64,000 nt of DNA from positions 83,067 through 147,066 of the forward strand of contig JAPPMM010000065.1 of assembly GCA_028819075.1 (NCBI GenBank), written 5' to 3'. A model generated the notes under the pieces. That model made no database searches and had not been told where the DNA came from. It saw only the letters and a program-made list of their open reading frames with translations. Made by a program: the position numbers and the translations under genes. Every line of letters starts with the position of its first letter. The first letter of the stretch is position 1. Shown piece by piece: positions 50,423 to 60,214 of this stretch. The stretch comes from Gammaproteobacteria bacterium. GTDB taxonomy: Bacteria; Gemmatimonadota; Gemmatimonadetes; Longimicrobiales; Gaopeijiaceae.

Positions 50423-51096
50423 GAGGCCCCCCGGGTGATGGCGTAGACGAACAGGTTCACGCCCATGCGCAACGCCTGCTCGCGGGTTTCGGGGGGATCC
50501 TCGTGCACCTCGGGATCCTCCCAGCCGTCTCCCAGATCGCTTTCGTAGCTGTAGAACAGCATCAGCCGGCCGCGCTCGAAGAGGCCGAAGGCCTGGGGCG
50601 GGCCTCCGTCGTGCTCGTGGATCTTGGGCAGGCCTTCCGGGAGCAGGTGAAAGGTGCCGAAGACCGGATGATCGGGGGGGATCTCCACGAGTTCGCGGCC
50701 GGGGAACACGCGCGCGATCTCCCGGCGGAAGGACTCGTCGAGACCGTAGTTGTCGTCGACGTGCAGGAATCCCCCCCCCAACAGGTAGTCGCGCAGCGCG
50801 GCCTGCTCCTCCAGCGCGAAGCTCACGTTGCCGTGGCCGGTCATGTAGACGTAGGGGTAGTCGGGGAGCGCGGGATCCCGGAGGGTGATGGTGGCTTCAC
50901 GATCCGCCACCGGCAACCCGGTGTCGGCTGCGATTCGCTCCAGCAGATTGGCCAGCGAGGACGGGTTCGCATACCAGTCCCCTCCTCCGTCGTACTGGAG
51001 GCGCGCGATGGTGAGCGTCGGTTCGACGGGCGGGGTGGCCGCGAGCACGGCCGCGAGGATCGCGAGAACAATCTTCAGCATCGATTCCTGAACCAC
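50419..51096 (-). CDS. DUF4159-like exported protein
   Basis: 225 aa. N-terminal hydrophobic segment (LKIVLAILAAVLAA), then ARLQYDGGGDWYANPSSLANLL...YPYVYMTGHGNVSF...LRDYLLGGGFLHVDDNYG, matching my recollection of DUF4159. Start is GTG 51094-51096 or ATG 51079-51081. The stop overlaps the next ATG. Confidence 0.6.
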   Translation of the reverse strand: MVQESMLKIVLAILAAVLAATPPVEPTLTIARLQYDGGGDWYANPSSLANLLERIAADTGLPVADREATITLRDPALPDYPYVYMTGHGNVSFALEEQAALRDYLLGGGFLHVDDNYGLDESFRREIARVFPGRELVEIPPDHPVFGTFHLLPEGLPKIHEHDGGPPQAFGLFERGRLMLFYSYESDLGDGWEDPEVHEDPPETREQALRMGVNLFVYAITRGAS

Positions 51097-51132
51097 TCCC
51101 GCCCCTGAGCGCGCCTGCCGCGCGGCGCGTGT

Positions 51133-51978
51133 CTACTCCGTCTCCGGCCCATCCGGCACAACAGTTGAATGTACGATCCGGTAGGCGCGGTTGCGAGATA
51201 CCCCGAGCAGGGCCGTCAACTCCCGGACGGCTTCACTCGGCCGCGTGCCCCCGGCCAGCAGTTCCGCGGCCCGTTCCCGAACCGCGGATTCGTCGGGTTT
51301 GCCTTCCGGAGAGCGGTCGACCACCAGCGTCAGCTCTCCCCGGGGGGCGCGCGCTCCGAAATGAGCCCGGGCCTCGGCCAGGGTCCCTCGCACGAACTCC
51401 TCGTGCAATTTGGTCATTTCCCGCGCCACCGCCACCCGGCGGCCGGAGCCGCACGCATGCTCGAGGTCGATCAGCAGGCGGCACAGCCGGCCGGGGGCCT
51501 CGAAGAGCACGGTAGTCTCCTGCGAATGGGCGACCCGCTGCAGCAGAGCGCGCCGTTCGAGTCCCTTGCGGGGCGCGAATCCCAGGAAGGCGAAACGGTC
51601 GGCCGGAAGCCCCGACCCCACCAGCGCTGCCAGAACCGCGGACGGACCCGGCACCGGAACCACGTCGTGCCCGGCTTCCAGCGCGGCGTCCACCACGCGC
51701 GCGCCCGGATCCGAAACCAGCGGGGTTCCGGCGTCGCTCACCACCGCGGCGTCAAGTCCCGACTCCAGGCACTCGAGGACCCGCCCCGCGCGCGCCGCCT
51801 CATTGTGCTGATGCAGGGAGGTGAGGCGCGTGTCGACGCCAAGGTGCTGCAGCAGCCGTCCGGTCCTGCGCGTGTCTTCCGCGAAGATCCTCTCTACCTC
51901 GCCCAGGACCTGTGCGGCGCGCCCCGAGAGGTCGGAGAGGTTGCCGATCGGGGTGCTGACGAGGTAGAGGGTCGCCAC
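51133..51978 (-). CDS. rsmI: 16S rRNA (cytidine1402-2'-O)-methyltransferase
   Basis: LYLVSTPIGNLSDLSGRA, VVSDAGTPLVSDPG and AREMTKLHEE motifs. Start set at GTG 51976-51978 (VATLYLV...), 22 nt after the trxA stop. Confidence 0.85.
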   Translation of the reverse strand: MATLYLVSTPIGNLSDLSGRAAQVLGEVERIFAEDTRRTGRLLQHLGVDTRLTSLHQHNEAARAGRVLECLESGLDAAVVSDAGTPLVSDPGARVVDAALEAGHDVVPVPGPSAVLAALVGSGLPADRFAFLGFAPRKGLERRALLQRVAHSQETTVLFEAPGRLCRLLIDLEHACGSGRRVAVAREMTKLHEEFVRGTLAEARAHFGARAPRGELTLVVDRSPEGKPDESAVRERAAELLAGGTRPSEAVRELTALLGVSRNRAYRIVHSTVVPDGPETE

Positions 51979-52000
51979 CCCCGGCTCGCGTATCGCGGAC

Positions 52001-52330
52001 CTACAGGTGCGCCTCGATCTTCTCCTCGAGATGGGCCCTCGGAACGGCGCCGACAACGGTGTCGACGTGCCTCCCGTCCTTGAAGAAGAGAATACTCGGG
52101 ATCGAGCGCACCCCGAAGCGCGCGGAGGTGCCGGGGTTGGTGTCCACGTCCACCTTCCCCACCGTCACCCCACGGTCACCATACTCGTCTGCGAGCTGGT
52201 CGACGATGGGCGAGACGATGCGGCAGGGGCCGCACCAGGTCGCCCAGAAGTCCACCATCGCCAGTCCCTGGCTGTTCTCTATGTCGTCGGCGAAGCTCTC
52301 GTCCGTAACCGTCAGAACTCGATCGCTCAT
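52001..52330 (-). CDS. trxA: thioredoxin
   Basis: 109 aa from ATG 52328-52330, active site WATWCGPC and the conserved IPSILFFKDG. Confidence 0.95.
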   Translation of the reverse strand: MSDRVLTVTDESFADDIENSQGLAMVDFWATWCGPCRIVSPIVDQLADEYGDRGVTVGKVDVDTNPGTSARFGVRSIPSILFFKDGRHVDTVVGAVPRAHLEEKIEAHL

Positions 52331-52445
52331 TCTGGCTGATCTCCTTGATCCCGGTCCCGGGTCGTTCGTACGATGGAAGCGGAGGCGCCGCACCGCGCTT
52401 CCCTGCTTCCCTGGATTTCGAAGTATAACCGAATCTCGGCCGGTC

Positions 52446-52901
52446 ATGGAATTCGACCCCGCAGCGGGGCCCGTGGATCCCTCGCCAACCCTGCCGCGCT
52501 ACCCGGTGGACCATGTCGGCATCGCCGTCCACTCGATCGCGGAGTCGGCGCCTCTGTTCGAGACCCTGACGGGTGAGCGGGCCTCGCCTCGCCGGTCCCT
52601 CCCGGAACACGGCATCGACGTATGCTTCATCGGCGCAGTGGAGCTGCTCGAACCCCACGACCGGGGCGGCGCGGTGGCGCGGTTCCTCGCAGCGGGGGGC
52701 TCGAACCTTCATCATGTGGCCTTCCGCGTCGAGAACGTGCGCGTCGAACTCGACCGCCTGATCGCCGCGGGGTTCCGGCCCATCGACCGCACTCCGAGGC
52801 CCGGTGCGCACGGCGGCCTGGTCGCCTTCCTCCATCCCAAGGGGACGGGGGGAGCGCTGGTGGAACTGGTCGAGCGGGCGCGGCCTCTCAGCGCCCCGTG
52901 A
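52446..52901 (+). CDS. mce: methylmalonyl-CoA epimerase (VOC/glyoxalase-fold)
   Basis: 151 aa from ATG 52446-52448. It has VDHVGIAVHSI, LHHVAFRV and FLHPKGTGGALVELVE, typical metal-ligand strands of the epimerase subgroup of VOC proteins. A generic VOC protein cannot be excluded. Confidence 0.7.
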   Translation: MEFDPAAGPVDPSPTLPRYPVDHVGIAVHSIAESAPLFETLTGERASPRRSLPEHGIDVCFIGAVELLEPHDRGGAVARFLAAGGSNLHHVAFRVENVRVELDRLIAAGFRPIDRTPRPGAHGGLVAFLHPKGTGGALVELVERARPLSAP

Positions 52902-53403
52902 TCTTCTCCAGTTCGACCGACTCCACGAGCCACCCGGACGCGGTGCTGATCACGAACACTCCGACATCGCGATGGATCCGCTCTCCCCGTCGAACCTCGA
53001 CGGATACCCGGGTGACGGGCCGATCGCGACCGGGGACCGGCTCCGCGGCGATCACCACATAGCCGTCGTGCCGCAGCACCGCCGCGATGGCATACATGCG
53101 AACCTCGACCTCCTGCCGGGTCGGGCAGCGGTCCGCGGCTCCCAGCCAGGACGCAACCCGGCGGAGTCCGCAGCCCAGTCCTCCGCCGGTGTCGGCGATG
53201 GAACCCCCGTCGGTGCCGAACGCGTGCGCCATCGCGTCGAGGTCCTGTCGGTCGGCCGCGTCCAGAAAACGTTCCGCGGCGCGGAGAGGGCCGGCGTCGT
53301 TCTCAGCCGGAGGCAGCGGCGGGGAGGTTGCGCACCCCGCGGCCCCCAGAGCCACCGACCAGCGGATCGCGGCTGCACCAACCCGGCGGAACGGCCCGCT
53401 CAC
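52888..53403 (-). CDS. hypothetical lipoprotein
   Basis: 171 aa, lipobox-like LGAAGC near the N-terminus. The GTG start overlaps the clpB stop (GTGA). No recognisable family. Confidence 0.5.
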   Translation of the reverse strand: MSGPFRRVGAAAIRWSVALGAAGCATSPPLPPAENDAGPLRAAERFLDAADRQDLDAMAHAFGTDGGSIADTGGGLGCGLRRVASWLGAADRCPTRQEVEVRMYAIAAVLRHDGYVVIAAEPVPGRDRPVTRVSVEVRRGERIHRDVGVFVISTASGWLVESVELEKITGR

Positions 53404-55994
53404 GCCCGTTCGAAGGCCAGGCCGGCGGCGTCCGCGGCGGGGACCACGCGAATGGTCGCGGATTTCCCGGGATCTTTCTCGAGCAGCGACATGGCAAGCG
53501 GGTCCTGGACGAGACGCTGAATGACGCGCCGCAGCGGGCGCGCGCCGAACGCGGGATCGTAGCCCTCCTTCGCGAGGAGCTCCCGGACTTCGGGCGCAAC
53601 CTCGAGCGTGATGCCCAACTCGCCGGCCAGCGCCTGCACCCGGGCGAGCTGCAGATCAACGATCGCGCGGATCGAGGCCCGGTCCAATGGCCGAAAGAGA
53701 ACAATGTCGTCCACTCTGTTCAGAAACTCCGGACGGAAGTGTCGCCGCAGCTCCCGGGTGACGGTCGCCTCCACCTCTTCCCACGGATCGGTTCCGGCGT
53801 GCCTCAGGATGTAGTGGCTGCCCAGGTTGGAGGTCATGATGATCACGGCATTGCGGAAATCGACCGTGCGGCCCTGGGAGTCGGTCAGCCTGCCATCGTC
53901 GAGAATCTGAAGCAGGACGTTGAAGATGTCGGAGTGCGCCTTTTCGATTTCATCGAACAGGATGACCGCGTGCGGGCGCCGGCGCACGGCTTCGGTCAGC
54001 TGGCCGCCTTCGTCGTAGCCCACGTAGCCGGGAGGCGCGCCCAGCAGCCGCGACACGGCGTGCTTCTCCATGTACTCCGACATGTCGAGGCGCACCATCG
54101 CGCGCTCGTCGTCGAAGAGGAACTCGGCCAGCGCGCGCGCGGTTTCGGTCTTCCCCACCCCGGTCGGACCCAGGAAGATGAACGATCCGATGGGCCGGTC
54201 GGGATCCTGGAGCCCGGCCCTTGAACGGCGCACCGCGTTCGAGACGGCCGCGAGCGCCTCTTCCTGTCCGATCACCCGCCCGCCAAGCAGCGCCTCCAGC
54301 CGAACCAGCCGCTCCCTCTCCGATTCCGCCAGGCTCGCCACCGGAATCCCCGTCCATTCCGCGACGACCGCGGCGATGTCGTCGGCGTCCACCTCCTCCC
54401 GCAGCCAGGTGCCGCCCGCCTGCAGCTCCGCCAGCCGCTGCTCCGCCAGCCTGAGCGAGGTGCCGAGCGCCGGGAGCTCGCCGTAGTCGATCTCGGCGGC
54501 CCGCTGAAGGTTGCCGGTCCGCTTCGCACGCCCGGATTCGGTGCGGAGCGCGTCCGCCGCCTCCTTGAGCGTCTTCAGGCGGTCGATGGCGTCCCGTTCC
54601 GCCTGCCACCCGGCTTTCATGCTGGAGCTGCGTTCCCTCAACTCGGCCAGCTCCAGGCGGATGCGCGCGAGGCGTTCCCGCGCGCCGGGGTCGCCGTGCT
54701 CGTCCTCCAGAGCCTGGCGCTCGATCTCGAGCTGAATGGCGCGCCGTTCGACCTGGTCGATTTCGGTGGGCAGGGAGTCGATCTCGATCTGGAGCCGGCT
54801 GCCGGCCTCGTCCATGAGGTCGATCGCCTTGTCTGGCAGGAAACGGCCCCCGATGTAGCGGTCGGACAGCTGGGCCGCCGCGACCAGGGCGTCGTCGCGG
54901 ATGCGCACGCCGTGGTGCACCTCGTAACGCTCCTTGAGGCCTCTCAGGATGGCGATCGTGTCCTCCACCGACGGCGGCGCCACGTACACGGGCTGGAAGC
55001 GCCGCTCCAGGGCAGGGTCCTTCTCGATGTGCTTCCGGTATTCGTCGAGGGTGGTCGCGCCCACCATGCGCAGGGCGCCCCGTGCCAGCAGCGGCTTCAT
55101 CATGTTGCCGGCGTCCACCGCCCCTTCCGCGGCGCCGGCGCCGACGACCGTGTGCAGCTCGTCGACGAACATGACGAAGCGGCCCTCGGCGTCGGAGATC
55201 TCCTTCAGCACCGCCTTCATGCGCTCTTCGAACTCGCCGCGGTACTTGGCACCGGCGAGCATGGCCGAAATGTCCAGAGACAGGAAGGTTTTTTCCGCCA
55301 GCGCGCCGGGGACGTCGCCGGCAACGATGCGCTGGGCCAGGCCTTCGGCGATGGCGGTCTTTCCCACCCCTGGCTCGCCGATGAGCACCGGATTGTTCTT
55401 GGTGCGGCGGGCGAGCACCTTGATCACCCTGCGAATCTCGACGTCCCTGCCGATGACCGGGTCCAGCTTGCCGCGGCGCGCCAGCGAGGTCAGGTCGCGG
55501 CTGTAGCGCGCGAGGGCCTGATACCGGTCCTCCGGGGTCTGGTCGGTGACCCGGTGGCTGCCGCGGACCGCCGACAGTGCCTCCAGCACCCGCTCCTCCA
55601 TGGCGCCCGCCGACCGCAGGATTTCGCCCGCGTCGTCCTTCTCGACGGTGAGCCCGAGCAGGAGGTGCTCGGTCGACACGTAGTCGTCCCCGAGCTCGGC
55701 GGCATGGCGCTCGGCCGCGGAGAGAGCGCGCGCGAGATCGCGGCTGACGCGCGCATCCGATCCCCCCGAGACGCGGCCCAGTCCGTCGAGTGCGGCCTGT
55801 ACCCGCTCGCCGACCGCGGGGGCGGAGACTCCGATCTTGTCCAGGATCGGCGTGACGATGCCCTCTTCCTGTCGGAGGAGGGCGTCGAGCAGGTGGATGC
55901 CGTAGACCTCGGCGCTCCGGCGTCGGCCGGCGTCCGCTATGGCGGCCCGCAGCGCCTCGGCCGCCTTCACCGTCAAGCGGTCGACTTCAATCAT
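53400..55994 (-). CDS. clpB: ATP-dependent chaperone/disaggregase ClpB
   Basis: 864 aa from ATG 55992-55994, preceded by GGAGGG. It has a Clp_N repeat N-terminus, two AAA+ modules (GEPGVGKT and GPTGVGKT) and a long coiled-coil M-domain between them. The 958-aa tracked ORF extension is rejected. Confidence 0.95.
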   Translation of the reverse strand: MIEVDRLTVKAAEALRAAIADAGRRRSAEVYGIHLLDALLRQEEGIVTPILDKIGVSAPAVGERVQAALDGLGRVSGGSDARVSRDLARALSAAERHAAELGDDYVSTEHLLLGLTVEKDDAGEILRSAGAMEERVLEALSAVRGSHRVTDQTPEDRYQALARYSRDLTSLARRGKLDPVIGRDVEIRRVIKVLARRTKNNPVLIGEPGVGKTAIAEGLAQRIVAGDVPGALAEKTFLSLDISAMLAGAKYRGEFEERMKAVLKEISDAEGRFVMFVDELHTVVGAGAAEGAVDAGNMMKPLLARGALRMVGATTLDEYRKHIEKDPALERRFQPVYVAPPSVEDTIAILRGLKERYEVHHGVRIRDDALVAAAQLSDRYIGGRFLPDKAIDLMDEAGSRLQIEIDSLPTEIDQVERRAIQLEIERQALEDEHGDPGARERLARIRLELAELRERSSSMKAGWQAERDAIDRLKTLKEAADALRTESGRAKRTGNLQRAAEIDYGELPALGTSLRLAEQRLAELQAGGTWLREEVDADDIAAVVAEWTGIPVASLAESERERLVRLEALLGGRVIGQEEALAAVSNAVRRSRAGLQDPDRPIGSFIFLGPTGVGKTETARALAEFLFDDERAMVRLDMSEYMEKHAVSRLLGAPPGYVGYDEGGQLTEAVRRRPHAVILFDEIEKAHSDIFNVLLQILDDGRLTDSQGRTVDFRNAVIIMTSNLGSHYILRHAGTDPWEEVEATVTRELRRHFRPEFLNRVDDIVLFRPLDRASIRAIVDLQLARVQALAGELGITLEVAPEVRELLAKEGYDPAFGARPLRRVIQRLVQDPLAMSLLEKDPGKSATIRVVPAADAAGLAFERA

Positions 55995-56029
55995 CTGATA
56001 TTCCCTCCGCGTGTGGTCGTGCACGCCTT

Positions 56030-56072
56030 GTCTGCCATTTTGGCAGACCATAAATCTGCCAATTTGGCAGAC
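56030..56072. promoter_or_regulatory. two tandem 17-bp palindromes TCTGCCA-N3-TGGCAGA in the clpB / OPT-transporter divergent intergenic region (candidate operator)
   Basis: TCTGCCATTTTGGCAGA at 56031-56047 and TCTGCCAATTTGGCAGA at 56055-56071, centres 24 bp apart. They lie 37-77 nt upstream of the clpB ATG in a locally AT-rich patch. The first copy extends to a 19-bp palindrome, GTCTGCCATTTTGGCAGAC. Confidence 0.55.
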
Positions 56073-56278
56073 TTCGGTGCCTGAGCCCCGATCCATCCAC
56101 GCCCGCATGGGCTTCCGGGCATCCGCCCACCCCTGAAATTCAAGATTCGGACCATCCGCGGAGGCCGCGGTGTAGCCAGTTCCAGCCGGCTCGGCCTCCC
56201 CCGTTCGCGCGCTTGACAAGCCGAGAAGGCGCGATCCACGTTGCCCGGGTTCCGCGCAACCCGTGGCTGGAGGCAAGA

Positions 56279-58276
56279 GTGGCGACAGTCGATCCCGGGC
56301 CCCGTGGCGGGCTCCCTCCCCAGGCCTACGAGACCCTGCCGGGCGACCAGTACCGCCCCTACGTGGGCGCGCGCGAGCAGATCCTGGAGTTCACGCCCCG
56401 GGCCGTGCTGATCGGAGCGGTTCTGGGCATCGTGTTCGGCGCCGCCAACGCCTACCTGGGGCTGCGCGTCGGGCTCACGGTAAGCGCCTCGATCCCCGCG
56501 GCGGTCATGGCGGTAGCCATCTTCCGCATCTGGGGCGGCACCATTCTCGAGTCCAACATGGTGCAGACGGTGGGCTCGGCGGGGGAGTCGCTGGCCGCCG
56601 GGGTGATCTTCACGCTCCCCGCGCTGTTCCTCTGGGCGCGCGAAGACCCCGCCATCCTGGTGAGCGTCACGCAGATCACGGTGATCGCGCTCTTCGGGGG
56701 AATGCTGGGCGTGCTGTTCATGATTCCCCTGCGCTCCTACCTCATTTCGCGCGAGCACGGCAAGCTGCCCTATCCCGAAGGCACTGCGTGCGCGGAGGTG
56801 CAGGTGGCTGGGGACGTGGGGGGCGGCAAGGCCCGCCTCCTCTTCGCCGGGCTCGGTGTCGGCGCCGTCTATCAGGCGCTGGCCAACCCACGCGGGCTCT
56901 CGCTATGGAACGAGTCGCCGGCGGCGCCTCTCCCGGGCAAGGCCCAGATCGGGGGAGACTTCACTCCCGAGCTGCTGGGCGTCGGGTTCATCATCGGACC
57001 GCGCATCGCCACCATCATGTTCTCGGGGAGCGCGCTGGCCTGGCTGATCCTGATCCCGGTGATCAACGCCTGGGGCGGCAACGACGTCGTGTATCCGGGC
57101 ACGGTCCCGATGGCGGAGCTGGGATCGGCGGAGATCTGGAGCAACTATATCCGCTACGTGGGGGCCGGCGCCGTGGCCTTCGGGGGCATCGCGACCCTCG
57201 TCAAGTCGCTGCCCACGATGATCGAGAGCTTCAAGCTGGGGCTGGGCGGCATCGGGGGCGGCGGCGGACCGACTTCCCGCACGCAGCGGGACCTGTCCAT
57301 GCGCTTCGTCTTCACCCTCGCCCCGCTGCTGGCCGTTGCGCTCTGGCTCTGGCCGGGCGTCCCGGTGAACCTGCTGGGCGCGGTCCTGATCGTGCTCTTC
57401 AGCTTCTTCTTCGTGACGGTATCCTCGCGCATCGTGGGGCTGATCGGCTCCTCGTCCAACCCGGTTTCGGGGATGACCATTGCCGCCCTGCTGCTCACCT
57501 CGCTGATATGGGTGGGACTGGGGCTGAACGACGGTACCGCCGCCTCCAAGGTCGCGGTGCTGGCGGTGGGCGCGGTGGTGTGCATCTCGGCGGCGATCGC
57601 GGGAGACACCTCACAGGATCTCAAGACCGGATTCCTCCTGGGAGCCACCCCGCGCTCGCAGCAGATCGGCGAGCTGATCGGGGTGATCACCAGCGCGGCG
57701 GTGATGGGCGGGGTGCTCATCGTGCTCAACGAATCGTACGGCATCGGAGGAGCGGAACTGGCGGCCCCCCAGGCGAACCTGATGAAGCTGGTCGTGGACG
57801 GCGTCCTGGCCGATACCCTGCCCTGGATGTTCGTCATCGTCGGCATGGCGCTGGCCGCCGTCGTCGAGTTCGGACTCAGGCTGCCGTCACTGGCGTTCGC
57901 CGTGGGGCTGTATCTGCCGGTTTCGCTCATGACCCCGATCTTCGTGGGGGGCATGATGCGGCGCGCGCTGACCCGCCGTTATTCGGGCCCGGAGGGCGGC
58001 GGAGACCGGCTGGCCGAGCAGCGCGAACGGGGCGTTCTGTTCGGCTCCGGCCTGATCGCGGGAGCGGCCTTGGTGGGGGTCCTGATCGGGGGTGCGATCT
58101 ACCTGGTCACCCAGGTGACCGGCGACCCCTCGCGGGCTACGCAGTGGATTGTTGGCCACGCGTGGAGCGTAGGCCTTTTCACGGGGTCATCCGGGCTGGT
58201 CGGGACACTGATCTTCGCGGGGCTCTGCCTGCTCCTCTGGCGTGCGGCCACCAGCGGAGAGGCAGGCAAGGCATGA
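56279..58276 (+). CDS. OPT-family oligopeptide transporter
   Basis: Polytopic membrane protein of 665 aa from GTG 56279-56281, preceded by GGAGG at 5-nt spacing. The N-terminal pattern YRPYVGAREQILEFTPRAVLIGAVLGIVFGAANAYLGLRVGLTVSASIP matches my recollection of bacterial OPT-superfamily proteins. Confidence 0.75.
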   Translation: MATVDPGPRGGLPPQAYETLPGDQYRPYVGAREQILEFTPRAVLIGAVLGIVFGAANAYLGLRVGLTVSASIPAAVMAVAIFRIWGGTILESNMVQTVGSAGESLAAGVIFTLPALFLWAREDPAILVSVTQITVIALFGGMLGVLFMIPLRSYLISREHGKLPYPEGTACAEVQVAGDVGGGKARLLFAGLGVGAVYQALANPRGLSLWNESPAAPLPGKAQIGGDFTPELLGVGFIIGPRIATIMFSGSALAWLILIPVINAWGGNDVVYPGTVPMAELGSAEIWSNYIRYVGAGAVAFGGIATLVKSLPTMIESFKLGLGGIGGGGGPTSRTQRDLSMRFVFTLAPLLAVALWLWPGVPVNLLGAVLIVLFSFFFVTVSSRIVGLIGSSSNPVSGMTIAALLLTSLIWVGLGLNDGTAASKVAVLAVGAVVCISAAIAGDTSQDLKTGFLLGATPRSQQIGELIGVITSAAVMGGVLIVLNESYGIGGAELAAPQANLMKLVVDGVLADTLPWMFVIVGMALAAVVEFGLRLPSLAFAVGLYLPVSLMTPIFVGGMMRRALTRRYSGPEGGGDRLAEQRERGVLFGSGLIAGAALVGVLIGGAIYLVTQVTGDPSRATQWIVGHAWSVGLFTGSSGLVGTLIFAGLCLLLWRAATSGEAGKA

Positions 58277-58626
58277 GACCGGTGACGGCGCGTGGGGTGC
58301 GGAAGTTCCTGGCGGGCGGCCTGCTGTGCCTGCTGTTCGCGTGCGGCGGCGACCAGGCGCCCGACGCGGCGGGGACGATCTCCCGGGACGCTTTCGTAGG
58401 CACCTATGTGGAGCTGCGCACGGCGGCGCTCCATTCACCCGATGGTCGGGTCGGCCCCGAAGCGAAGGCGGAGATCCTGGAGTCCAATGGGGTCACCGAG
58501 GCCGATTTGCTCGACTACGTCGACGTCCACGGGGCCCGCCTGGAGTTCATGGTCGAAGTGTGGGCCGAGATCGACGACACGCTCCGGGCCCTGCGCACCG
58601 AAGACGACCCCGCTCCCGCGTCCTGA
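58273..58626 (+). CDS. hypothetical lipoprotein
   Basis: 117 aa, good lipobox LLFACGG. The ATG overlaps the OPT transporter stop (ATGA). Confidence 0.55.
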   Translation: MRPVTARGVRKFLAGGLLCLLFACGGDQAPDAAGTISRDAFVGTYVELRTAALHSPDGRVGPEAKAEILESNGVTEADLLDYVDVHGARLEFMVEVWAEIDDTLRALRTEDDPAPAS

Positions 58627-58657
58627 TCTCCGCGGGAGCGAGCAAAGCCCGTCCTCC

Positions 58658-60214
58658 TCACTCCCACTCGATGGTGGCCGGGGGCTTGGAGCTGATGTCG
58701 TAGGCCACGCGGTTCACCCCCGCGACCTCGTTGATGATGCGGGTGGAGGCGCGCGCCAGCACTTCCGGCGGAAACCGGTACCAGTCGGCGGTCATGCCGT
58801 CGCGCGAGGTCACGGCGCGCAGCGTCACCGCGCACTCGTAGGTCCGCGCGTCGCCCATCACGCCCACGGACCGCACCGGCAGGAGTACCGCAAACGCCTG
58901 CCAGATCTCGTCGTAGAGCCCGGCGGCACGGATCTCCTCCAGAAAGATGGCGTCCGCCTGCCGCAACACCTCCAGCCGCTCCCACGTGACTTCGCCCAGG
59001 ATGCGCACGGCAAGCCCCGGGCCCGGAAAGGGATGGCGCGCCACGAACGCCTCCGGGAGCCCCAGCTCCTGCCCCACCCTGCGCACTTCATCCTTGAACA
59101 GCTCGCGGAGCGGCTCGATCAGTTCGAACGGCATGTCGTCCGGAAGCCCGCCCACATTGTGATGGGTCTTGATGGTTGCGGACGGACCCCGCACGGAGAG
59201 GGACTCGATGACATCCGGGTAGAGCGTGCCCTGCACGAGCAGGGACGCGTCCTTACCGGCCTCTCGCGCCGTGCGCTCGAAAACGCGGATGAAGATCTCG
59301 CCGATGATCCGGCGCTTGCGCTCGGGATCGTCGACCCCGGCGAGCCCTTTCAGGAACTCCTCGCGCGCGTCGGCGACCAGAAGCTCCATCCCCATGTGCC
59401 TGCGGAAGGTGCGTTCCACGCCCTCGCGTTCGCCCTTCCGGAGGAGCCCGTTGTCCACGAAGATGCAGGTCAGGCGGTCGCCGAGCGCGCGATGCACCAG
59501 GGTGGCCGCGACCGAGGAGTCGACCCCGCCGGAGAGGCCGCAGATGGCGGACCGGCTCCCCGCCTGCTCGCGGATGGCGGCGATGCTCTCTTCGACGAAC
59601 GCGCTCGCCGTCCAGCTCGGACGGCAGCCGGCGACGCGGAAGAGGAAGTTGGAGAGCATCCGGTCGCCCTCGGGGGTGTGCGCGACTTCCGGATGAAACT
59701 GCACTCCGTAGATGGCCCGGTCCTCGGCCCGGAACGCGGCCACCGGGAGGCCTTCGGTGGAAGCGACGACGCGATACCCTTCCGGAGGCTGGTCCACATG
59801 GTCGCCGTGTGAACACCAGACCGTGACCGGATGTTCGCGCGCGAATCCCGCGAACAGGCCTTCCGCTTCCCTCAGGCGCAGCTCGGCTCGTCCGTACTCG
59901 CGCTTGCCGTACTCCACCCGTCCACCCTCCAGTTCGGCGATCAGTTGCATGCCGTAGCAGATTCCGAGAACCGGAACATCCATGTGCAACAGCTCCGGCT
60001 CCACCCCCGGGCCATCTTCCTCGTAGACCGAGGACGGCCCGCCCGAGAGCACGATCGCGCTGGGCGCCCAGCTCCGGATCCACTCCACGGACCGGGTCGG
60101 CGGGTGGATCTCGCAGAAGACCCGCTCCTCGCGGACGCGGCGCGCGATGAGCTGGGTGAACTGCGATCCGTAGTCGAGGATCAGAACCCGGTCGCGCGGC
60201 CTGGTGAGGGTCAT
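58658..60214 (-). CDS. guaA: GMP synthase (glutamine-hydrolysing)
   Basis: 518 aa from ATG 60212-60214. It has the GATase nucleophile GICYGMQ, PP-loop SGGVDSSV, and a C-terminus ...KPPATIEWE. The start overlaps the lysA stop. Confidence 0.95.
   Translation of the reverse strand: MTLTRPRDRVLILDYGSQFTQLIARRVREERVFCEIHPPTRSVEWIRSWAPSAIVLSGGPSSVYEEDGPGVEPELLHMDVPVLGICYGMQLIAELEGGRVEYGKREYGRAELRLREAEGLFAGFAREHPVTVWCSHGDHVDQPPEGYRVVASTEGLPVAAFRAEDRAIYGVQFHPEVAHTPEGDRMLSNFLFRVAGCRPSWTASAFVEESIAAIREQAGSRSAICGLSGGVDSSVAATLVHRALGDRLTCIFVDNGLLRKGEREGVERTFRRHMGMELLVADAREEFLKGLAGVDDPERKRRIIGEIFIRVFERTAREAGKDASLLVQGTLYPDVIESLSVRGPSATIKTHHNVGGLPDDMPFELIEPLRELFKDEVRRVGQELGLPEAFVARHPFPGPGLAVRILGEVTWERLEVLRQADAIFLEEIRAAGLYDEIWQAFAVLLPVRSVGVMGDARTYECAVTLRAVTSRDGMTADWYRFPPEVLARASTRIINEVAGVNRVAYDISSKPPATIEWE

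Noticed and set aside
56041-56071. TGGCA-containing palindromes read as a sigma-54 (-24 GG / -12 GC) promoter.
   Set aside because: No TTGC element lies at the required spacing after either TGGCA. The symmetry and duplication fit a dimeric DNA-binding protein site better.
56213-56218. Perfect TTGACA hexamer as a -35 box for the OPT transporter.
   Set aside because: No -10-like hexamer lies 16-18 nt downstream (CCACGT region). A single hexamer match is not enough to call a promoter.
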